A DNA stretch of 32,000 bases from Deferrisoma camini S3R1 (GTDB taxonomy: Bacteria; Desulfobacterota; Deferrisomatia; Deferrisomatales; Deferrisomataceae). The DNA is taken from NCBI RefSeq assembly GCF_000526155.1, contig NZ_JAFN01000001.1, forward strand, positions 3,070,264-3,102,263, read 5' to 3'. A program made the position numbers and the translations under genes. Positions within the stretch are counted from its first letter, which is position 1, and each line of letters starts with the position of its first letter. Below are positions 24,231 through 30,656 of the stretch, piece after piece. The notes below the pieces were generated by a model. That model was given only the letters and a program-made list of their open reading frames with translations. It was not told where the DNA came from and did not search any database.

Positions 24231-25531
24231 CGCCGGGCCGCCAGGTCCGCCACCTTGGCCCGGAGCCAGTCCAGGGCCTGCTCCGGCGGCTCCCGGTCGT
24301 CGAGCAGGCGGCCGATCATCTCCGGCACCCGCTTCGAGGCGTACAGGTCGCCCACGAGCCGGGCGCCCCCGGGCCTGCCGAAGCCCCACCGCGCCAGCCG
24401 GGTGAACCCCTCGGCCAGGGCGTCGGGCAGCCCCGGGTCGTAGGGCGCGAACAGGGCCTGGTCGCGCCAGCGGGCCAGGGCCCGGCGCCGCACCGGCATC
24501 TTGCCGCCGGGGGCCATGGCGAGCCAGTCGGGGTAGCCGGGGCCCAGGAGGAAGGCCACCCACTCCCGGGCCTCCGGCCGGGCCCCGGCCAGGAGGCCCA
24601 GGGCGTACACCTCGCCGTAGGCGGTCGGCCGGCCCGTCGGCCCCTGGATGGCGGCCACGAACCCGGTGCGGCGGGCCAGGTCGGGCACGGCCGGCCGGTG
24701 CTCGGCCACCAGCCCGGCGATGTCGTCGAGGATGTAGGGGGAGTAGAAGATCATGGCGGCCCGGCCCGTCAGGTAGTACTGCCGGGCCTCCCGCCAGTAG
24801 GAGTGGCCGGGGGCCGCGAACGCCGCGAGCTCCCGGTAGAACCGGAGGGCCTCGAGGAACCGGGGCCCGAGGGCCGGCCGGCCGGCGTCGTCCAGGAGCC
24901 GCGCCCCGGCCGCCAGGGCCAGGTGCTCGAACACCTGCTGGGTGTAGATCTGCTGGGGGTGGGTGCCGAGCACGATCCCGAACCGGGGCACGGTGGGGTC
25001 GTGGAGGGCGCGGGCCGCGGCCAGGATCCGGTCCCAGGTGTCCGGCGGGGGAAGCCCCTTCTCGGCGAACCAGTCCTTGCGGTACCAGATCCCCTGGACC
25101 CACCCGTCCAGGGGCACGGCCGCGTACCCCGAGCCCTGGGGAGCGCGCACGAGCCCCAGGGGCCCCCGGTAGAACCCGTCCTCCCCCAGGTCCCGGATCA
25201 CGGCGGTGGCGGCCGCGGCGTCCAGCAGGCCCTCCGCAGCGTACCGGGCCACCTGGGTCAGCCCCAGCTCCACCACGTCGGGCAGCCGGCCGGCCGCCCG
25301 GGCCGAGGCGAGCTTCTCGGGCAGCACGTTCTCGTCCACCGGCACGACCCGGACCTCCACCCCGGCACGGGTCTCCGAGAACCGGCGGGCCAGCGCCTGC
25401 TGCACCTCCATGCGGTCCTGCTCCACCTCGGCCGTCCAGAACACGACCTCGGTGGCCTCCGGAGGCCGGCGGCAGCCCCCGAACAGAGCCAGCACGGCGA
25501 CACCGACGAGGCACACTCGCAGCGAGCCCAT
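24227..25531 (-). CDS. ABC transporter extracellular solute-binding lipoprotein (family 1, sugar-type)
   Basis: The ATG at 25531 has GGAGG 8 nt upstream; the track's GTG at 25540 is less likely. Lipobox LFGGC. Confidence 0.88.
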   Translation of the reverse strand: MGSLRVCLVGVAVLALFGGCRRPPEATEVVFWTAEVEQDRMEVQQALARRFSETRAGVEVRVVPVDENVLPEKLASARAAGRLPDVVELGLTQVARYAAEGLLDAAAATAVIRDLGEDGFYRGPLGLVRAPQGSGYAAVPLDGWVQGIWYRKDWFAEKGLPPPDTWDRILAAARALHDPTVPRFGIVLGTHPQQIYTQQVFEHLALAAGARLLDDAGRPALGPRFLEALRFYRELAAFAAPGHSYWREARQYYLTGRAAMIFYSPYILDDIAGLVAEHRPAVPDLARRTGFVAAIQGPTGRPTAYGEVYALGLLAGARPEAREWVAFLLGPGYPDWLAMAPGGKMPVRRRALARWRDQALFAPYDPGLPDALAEGFTRLARWGFGRPGGARLVGDLYASKRVPEMIGRLLDDREPPEQALDWLRAKVADLAARR

Positions 25532-25608
25532 GGCAGGCACCTCCGGAAGGGGCGGGGAACCACCCGGCCGAATCTATCGCCGGCCGCGGGCGTGTCAAAC
25601 CCGGGGGC

Positions 25609-27480
25609 TCACCCCCTTCGGCCCAGGGCCTCCAGGACCCACTCGGCGAGCCGGTCGTACACCTGGGCCGCGGCCTCGTCCACGTGGGGGCCGAGGCACT
25701 GCTCCTCGACCCGCTCCAGGTACCCGGCCCAGGCCCGCTCCAAGGCCACGGCCACCCCGGCCCGCCGGGCCGCCCCGCCCACCGCTCCGCCGGGCAGGAG
25801 CCGCTGCCACAGCCCCCCCGGCCGGCCCGGGCCCACCGTGCCCCGGAACAGGGGGATCTTCCGGGTGGCCGTGATCTCCCGGACCAGGGCCCGGCGATCG
25901 GGCGGAGGCGGAGGCCTCAGGCCGGCCCGGGCCAACGCCTCGGCCGCCTGCCGGGCCAGGTCCTCGCCCGCCCGGGCCAGGGCGGCCCGGGCCTCCAGGG
26001 CCAGGTTGCGCACCGCGTTCACCCGCAGGGGCTCGGTGGCCGCGAGCACGGCCTCGACCCGGTCGCGGTAGTCCGCCGCCGCAGGGTCGAGGGACGCCAC
26101 CCGTCCGGCCCAGGCCCGGCGGTGGGGTGCCCGGCGGCGGCCGAACCCGGAGCGAAGCCCCGCGGAGATCCCCGCCTTGGCCTGCCGGGCCGCGGCCTCC
26201 ATGCGCTCGGAGAGCCACCCCAGGAGCGCGTCGGCCGTGTCGGCCCGCCAGGGCCCCCGGCCCAGGCCGAGGGCCGTGCCGGCGCCCAAGGCCCGCCCCG
26301 CCTCCGCCACGACCCGCCGCAGGTCGGCCCGGCACCGGGCCAGGATCAGCCGGTCCCGCCGAGCGGCCACCTCGTCCCACAGCTCGTCCCGGAACGACCG
26401 GAACGCGTCCCGCAGGATCGGCGTGAGGGCCGAGGACTCCCACGCCTCCCGCAGCCGGGCCTCGCCGGCCGAGAGACCGGCCGGATTCGTCAGGGCCAGC
26501 CGGTCCAGGAGCCCGAGCAGGGCCGAGACCACGGCCGGCCGGCCGGCCACGCCCAGCCCCCGCAGGTGCCGAACCACCGACTCCTCCACCCGGCGCAGGT
26601 GCTCGGGCCGGCCCAGCTCGGACAGGTCGGCGTTCAGCACGAACCGGGTGACCCCCAGGAGCCCGTACCCCTGCAGGACCTCCAGGAACCGCAGGTCCGC
26701 CTCCCGGAGCCCCACCCGGCCCGAGATCACGTACACCACGGCGTGGGCGTCGAGGAGGGCCCGGTCCACCACGGCGCCGTGGGCCGCGTTCCAGGCGTCC
26801 ACGCCGGGGCAGTCGGCCAGCACCACCCCCTCGGGCAGGTCGGGCGCGGGCACGTCCACCCACACCCGGCTCAGGAACGCGGCCACCTCGTCCCGGGCCA
26901 CCCAGGCCCACAGATCGCCGTGCGCCCCCAGGTCCTCGACCCGGGGCTCCGGCCCCACCCGGTCGGCCGCGGCCTCGGCCCCCCGGACCAGGGCCCCCAA
27001 CGCCTCCCGAAGGGGCGAGGGCGGCCCGTCCAGCAGGGCCCGGGCCGCGCGCCGGTGGTCGGGGTTCCACAGGTCCCAGTCCCCCGGCCGGCCCAACGCC
27101 TCCAGGTGCAGGCCGAACGCCCGGTTCACCTCGGCCCGGCTCCTCCAGGTGATGCGGACCGCCGCCCGGTCCGCCGGCACCACCTCGGTCACCTGGGCCG
27201 TGAGCACCCCCGAGCCCCGGGGCAGCAGGTCCCGGCCCACCAGGGCGTTGGCCAGGGTGGACTTGCCCGACTTCACGGCCCCCACCAGGGCCACCCGCAC
27301 CCGGGCCTCGCAGGCCCGCCGGGCCGCGGCGTCCAGGTCCGCGAGCCATCCGGCCGCCCGGTCCGCCAGATCCGGCCGGGAGGCGGCGAGGGTCCGGAGC
27401 CTCTCCCGGGCCTCGGCCACGGCCCGCTCCACCTCGGCCCGCAGCCGCGCCTCCCGGGCCTGGCGCAGCGGCTCGGTCAC
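25609..27480 (-). CDS. Dynamin-family (bacterial dynamin-like) GTPase, soluble
   Basis: GTG at 27480 overlaps the Nudix stop (GTGA). G1 GAVKSGKST, G3 DCPGVD, degenerate G4 LNADL. Long Arg/Ala-rich helical stalk. No TM segment seen. Confidence 0.8.
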   Translation of the reverse strand: MTEPLRQAREARLRAEVERAVAEARERLRTLAASRPDLADRAAGWLADLDAAARRACEARVRVALVGAVKSGKSTLANALVGRDLLPRGSGVLTAQVTEVVPADRAAVRITWRSRAEVNRAFGLHLEALGRPGDWDLWNPDHRRAARALLDGPPSPLREALGALVRGAEAAADRVGPEPRVEDLGAHGDLWAWVARDEVAAFLSRVWVDVPAPDLPEGVVLADCPGVDAWNAAHGAVVDRALLDAHAVVYVISGRVGLREADLRFLEVLQGYGLLGVTRFVLNADLSELGRPEHLRRVEESVVRHLRGLGVAGRPAVVSALLGLLDRLALTNPAGLSAGEARLREAWESSALTPILRDAFRSFRDELWDEVAARRDRLILARCRADLRRVVAEAGRALGAGTALGLGRGPWRADTADALLGWLSERMEAAARQAKAGISAGLRSGFGRRRAPHRRAWAGRVASLDPAAADYRDRVEAVLAATEPLRVNAVRNLALEARAALARAGEDLARQAAEALARAGLRPPPPPDRRALVREITATRKIPLFRGTVGPGRPGGLWQRLLPGGAVGGAARRAGVAVALERAWAGYLERVEEQCLGPHVDEAAAQVYDRLAEWVLEALGRRG

Positions 27481-28097
27481 CGGCCCTCCCGGTGGAGGGC
27501 CCAGGCCAGCTCGGACCACAGCTCGAACCCAGCCCCCTCGGGAAGGGCCCCGGCGGGGTCGCCCGGGGGGGCCCACCGGTGGCCCCGCAGCTCACCGTCC
27601 CCGTCCCGGGCCGTGGCCGGGTCCACCGTGAGCCGGCAGCACACCCCCACGTGCACCCGACCCACCTCGGACTCGTCCTCGCTGATCAGCCCCACCACCT
27701 CCAGGCCGCCCAGCCACCGCACGGGGTACTCCTCCTCCACCTCCCGCCGGGCGGCCCGGGCCAGGAGCTTCGGCCCGGGGGCCTCGTCGCCGGCCGCGTC
27801 GGCCCGGTCGATGTGCCCGCCGATCCCCAGGCTCCAGAAGGCGTGGAGCCGCGCCTCGGTGCCCTGACGGGGGTAGACCAGCACCCGCCCGTCCGGGTCG
27901 AACACCGTGACGTAGGGGATCACCTGCTTCCACTCCGGGTCGGTCTCGGCCTCGGGCCGGGGCATCCACCGGGCCCGATCCAGGCCCAGCAGCCCGGCCG
28001 CCTCGGTCCAGGACCCGGCCGCGACCCAGGCCCGGGGGGCCTGCAGCGCCGGGTGCAGGGCGGTTCGGGGAACGACGAGAATCCTCTGGCTCTTCAT
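27477..28097 (-). CDS. Nudix-fold phosphoesterase of the YmaB/COG4112 type
   Basis: ATG at 28097 with GGAGG SD. WKQVIPYV, LHAFWSLGIGGHI, Nudix box remnant AARREVEEE and EVGRVHVGV, matching the COG4112 pattern as I remember it. Confidence 0.78.
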   Translation of the reverse strand: MKSQRILVVPRTALHPALQAPRAWVAAGSWTEAAGLLGLDRARWMPRPEAETDPEWKQVIPYVTVFDPDGRVLVYPRQGTEARLHAFWSLGIGGHIDRADAAGDEAPGPKLLARAARREVEEEYPVRWLGGLEVVGLISEDESEVGRVHVGVCCRLTVDPATARDGDGELRGHRWAPPGDPAGALPEGAGFELWSELAWALHREGR

Positions 28098-28162
28098 GGT
28101 TCCTCCGGTTCGGGGGGTGGCCGGAGTCTGGCACACCGGACGGTTTCGCCTCAACTCCGCCC

Positions 28163-28209
28163 GGCACCAGAAGGGCCGGCCCTGATTGAGGGCCGGCCCT
28201 TCTGGTGCC
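28163..28209 (-). terminator. 20-bp perfect GC-rich hairpin (7-nt loop) immediately 3' of the small peptide ORF
   Basis: GGCACCAGAAGGGCCGGCCC (28163-28182) pairs perfectly with GGGCCGGCCCTTCTGGTGCC (28190-28209). No U-tract, so it could be a terminator, attenuator or RNA-stability element. Confidence 0.7.
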
Positions 28210-28216
28210 TCCAACG

Positions 28217-28279
28217 TCAGCAGGGATGGACGCTGGAGGTTCCCGCGATGCGGGGCTTTACGTAGGGGATCTTCTTCAT
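28217..28279 (-). CDS. 20-aa candidate precursor peptide MKKIPYVKPRIAGTSSVHPC
   Basis: The ATG (28279) overlaps the radical-SAM stop (ATGA). AAGGAGG lies 6 nt upstream. The ORF is followed 7 nt later by the 20-bp hairpin. The genomic context (PqqD + rSAM/SPASM) is typical of peptide substrates. Confidence 0.7.
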   Translation of the reverse strand: MKKIPYVKPRIAGTSSVHPC

Positions 28280-29328
28280 GGCGGTCCTCCTTGGGGCCGG
28301 CCGTTCCCGGCCCAGCAGTGGGGATCGGGGGCGTTGAACGAGCCCGTGGCCGCGAACGCCCGGGCGGTGCACCCGCCCAGACACTCGCCGTACACCCCGC
28401 AGGAGCGGCACTTGCCCTCCGGGGTCTTCTCGCGCATCTTCCGCAGCACCGGTGAGGTGCGCCACAGCACGTCCAGGGGCTGATCGATCAGGTTTCCGGC
28501 CGACACCGGGATGAACCCGCACGGGGTCACCTCGCCGTCGGGCTCCAGGTGCAGCGAGAGCTTGCCGCAGGTGCTGCCCTTCACGGCCCCGGGATCGGCC
28601 CCGCCCAGCAGGGCCAGGATCGGGTCGTCGAACGACAGCTCGGCCGGCGCCCGGGGCCGCCAGGCCAGGGCGTCCTCGTAGAAGGCCCGCCACTCGCCGG
28701 GCGAGAGATCGAGCTCCGCCCGGTTCTCGGCGCCCCGGCCCGCGCACTTGAAGTTGTGCAGGTACACCGTGGTCGCCCCCCGCTCGGCCGCGAGCTCCAC
28801 GATCCGGCGGTACGAGCCCACGTTGTTCCGGTGGATCACGGCCGACACCGTGGACGTCACCCCGGCGGCCCGCAGGTGCTCCAGGGCGGCCAGGGCCCGA
28901 TCGAAGCTACCCGGCCGGGCCCGGAACGCGTCGTGCACCTCGGCCGTGGCCCCGTCGAGGCTCACCCCCACCGAGGCGAACCCCGCGGCCCGGGCCCGCC
29001 GGGCCGCCTCGGCGTCCAGGAGCCACCCGTTGGTGTTCATGCTGACCCGCAGGCCCCGGTCCGCCGCGGCCCGGGCCACCTCCCACAGGTGGGGGTAGCA
29101 CAGCGGCTCGCCCCCCCCGAAGTTCACGAACAGCACCCGGCACCGGGCAAGCTCCTCCACCAGGCCCAGCACCCGCTCCAAGGGGAGCTCCGACCGCGCC
29201 TGGCCGCGGGAGTAGCAGTGCCGGCACGAGAAGTTGCAGGTGTAGGACAGGGTCCAGTTGACGGTGAGGGGTGCGGTGAGCTCCACGGTCAGGCGTCCTC
29301 GGCCACGAGCCAGCCCCGGCTCAGGCAC
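28276..29328 (-). CDS. Radical SAM enzyme with a full C-terminal SPASM domain (peptide-modifying maturase type)
   Basis: CNFSCRHC (CxxxCxxC). SPASM pattern C-x10-G-x4-C ... CRSC-x5-C-x3-C ... C. An alternative GTG at 29286, 2 nt after the PqqD stop, would give a 337-codon gene. Confidence 0.92.
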   Translation of the reverse strand: MPEPGLARGRGRLTVELTAPLTVNWTLSYTCNFSCRHCYSRGQARSELPLERVLGLVEELARCRVLFVNFGGGEPLCYPHLWEVARAAADRGLRVSMNTNGWLLDAEAARRARAAGFASVGVSLDGATAEVHDAFRARPGSFDRALAALEHLRAAGVTSTVSAVIHRNNVGSYRRIVELAAERGATTVYLHNFKCAGRGAENRAELDLSPGEWRAFYEDALAWRPRAPAELSFDDPILALLGGADPGAVKGSTCGKLSLHLEPDGEVTPCGFIPVSAGNLIDQPLDVLWRTSPVLRKMREKTPEGKCRSCGVYGECLGGCTARAFAATGSFNAPDPHCWAGNGRPQGGPP

Positions 29329-29609
29329 TCGGCCACGAACGCCTCCACGTCCTCGCGGATCTCGTCGGCCGGGGCGTCGTACCGGCCCGCCAGCTCGGCC
29401 GCGATGGCGGCGGCGTCCCGGGTGCCGTCGGCCAGGAGCCAGATCTCCCCGGCCAGGAGGTTCAGCTGGTGCATCCGACCGGCGTGGACCAGGATCACCC
29501 AGCCCTCGTCGGCCACGTCCTCGCCCCGCTCCAGGGCGGCGAGGATCCGCTCCCGGGCCCCGGGCTCGTCGCGCCAGGCCAGCGAAGGGTTTCGGCGAAG
29601 CACGGTCAC
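29289..29609 (-). CDS. Stand-alone PqqD-family peptide-binding (RRE) protein
   Basis: 106 aa. LNLLAGEIWLLADGTRDAAAIAAELAGRYDAPADEIREDVEAFVAECLSRGWL fits the PqqD family pattern. GTG start 5 nt after the upstream lipoprotein stop. Confidence 0.85.
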   Translation of the reverse strand: MTVLRRNPSLAWRDEPGARERILAALERGEDVADEGWVILVHAGRMHQLNLLAGEIWLLADGTRDAAAIAAELAGRYDAPADEIREDVEAFVAECLSRGWLVAEDA

Positions 29610-29614
29610 GGCGG

Positions 29615-30487
29615 CTACTTCTTCCTTTCCGGCGTGCCCCAGGGGACGGGCAGCCGGGGCTCCACGTTCACCCGGCCCACCCCTTCGGAGTCGGCGCCGT
29701 CGAAGATCCGGTCGGCGAGCCGGCCCTTCTCGTCGGCCTTCCACCAGTTGTTTCCGGCGTCCACGTCGTCGGTCTGGGCCTCGCCGAGCTTCAGATCGTA
29801 CTCCCGATCGTCGAAGTTGTTTCGCCGCAGCACCGCGCCGGTCACGCCCTGCCGGAAGAAGATGCCGGTGAGGTTGCCCACGAACCAGTTCTCCTCGATC
29901 ACCGGCGAGCTGTTGAGGCACCGGATCCCGATCCGGTTCTCCTCGAACCGGCACCCCCGGATCACCACCCGGCCCCCCTGGAACCGCACCCCGCCGTAGT
30001 TGTTGCGGAACGTGCAGTCCTCGAACTCCACCGGGGTGAAGTGGCTGTGCACGGCCCACGGGCCCCGCTCGAACACCACCCGCCGCAGGTGGGCCTCCTT
30101 GGCCTTTTCGAAGGAGATCACGTCCTCGAACTCGTTGTTGCGCAGGGGCACCGAGGTGATCTCGATCGGCGCCTCCGGCGTGCCCAGGGCCACCAGGCTC
30201 CCCAGCACCCGGATCCACGGCTCCGGGTCCTCGCCGGCCTTGGGCTCGGGCAGATCGAAGTACACGCGGGTGCCGGGCAGGAGGGTCAGGGTGGCGGTCT
30301 TGGTCACGATGAGGGGCCGAACCAGCCGGACCTCCCCGCGCCACACCGTGGGGGCGTAGAGGATGTGCCGGGTCTCGGTGCGGGCCGTGGCCGGGACCGA
30401 GATCGTCTTGGGCTGGGGCAGGGTCACGCACGCCGCGAGCCCCACCGCCGTCGCCGCCCCCAGGAGCCACCATCGCCGCAGACCCAT
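29615..30487 (-). CDS. Lipoprotein with right-handed parallel beta-helix repeats (NosD/CASH-like)
   Basis: Signal peptide with lipobox GLAAC. PbH1-like repeats (FRNNYGGVRFQGG, IRGCRFEENRIGIRC, IEENWFVGNLTGIFF, LRRNNF). GGAAGGAGG SD. Confidence 0.8.
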   Translation of the reverse strand: MGLRRWWLLGAATAVGLAACVTLPQPKTISVPATARTETRHILYAPTVWRGEVRLVRPLIVTKTATLTLLPGTRVYFDLPEPKAGEDPEPWIRVLGSLVALGTPEAPIEITSVPLRNNEFEDVISFEKAKEAHLRRVVFERGPWAVHSHFTPVEFEDCTFRNNYGGVRFQGGRVVIRGCRFEENRIGIRCLNSSPVIEENWFVGNLTGIFFRQGVTGAVLRRNNFDDREYDLKLGEAQTDDVDAGNNWWKADEKGRLADRIFDGADSEGVGRVNVEPRLPVPWGTPERKK

Positions 30488-30504
30488 CGCCCGCCTCCTT
30501 CCAT

Positions 30505-30532
30505 GTAACTTCGGTCGTCAGTCGTCGGTCGA
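30505..30532 (-). repeat. Heptad leader cassette 5' of the beta-helix lipoprotein gene
   Basis: Minus-strand sense reads TCGACCG ACGACTG ACGACCG AAGTTAC ATGGAAGGAGG CGGGCG ATG. Confidence 0.75.
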
Positions 30533-30557
30533 AAGCTCGCCCCGACATCGGAGCCGG

Positions 30558-30600
30558 GGGGCATGGGGCCTGGTGGAGCGGCAGACAACGGCACGCGAAG
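30558..30600. repeat. Half copy of the palindromic element family (copy G)
   Basis: GGGGCATGGGGCCTGGTGGAGCGG shares the GGGGCYTGGTGGAGC core with copies B and D. It is the reverse complement of the right arm at 8740-8757. Confidence 0.6.
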
Positions 30601-30656
30601 GCCCGGCGATCAGATGCGGCACTCGCGGCCTACCAAAGTGGAAGACCGGCTCCGGA

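Noticed and set aside
28186-28483. Plus-strand ORFs 28186-28455 and 28205-28483 opposite the peptide/rSAM junction. Also the 176-aa minus-strand ORF 28217-28747 that contains the peptide at its end.
   Set aside because: The plus-strand ORFs are antisense to the SPASM domain coding region and have no signals. The 176-aa ORF is out of frame with the strongly supported rSAM CDS over its whole upstream part. Only its last 20 codons, which have their own SD and ATG, are credible.
30487-30504. Out-of-frame ATG at 30504 (minus strand) inside the leader cassette, as a possible uORF overlapping the lipoprotein start.
   Set aside because: It forms part of the ATGGAAGGAGG SD block, and its reading frame gives Gly/Arg-rich noise. 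It is more simply explained as SD context.
30488-30656. Searched upstream of the lipoprotein/rSAM operon (and upstream of the ABC ATPase, 22300-22400) for a sigma54 TGGCAC-N5-TTGC promoter or a clear sigma70 promoter.
   Set aside because: Only off-spacing partial matches were found (e.g. TGGAAACTCCGGTTGG), and nothing I can defend by eye. The operon's promoter remains unassigned.
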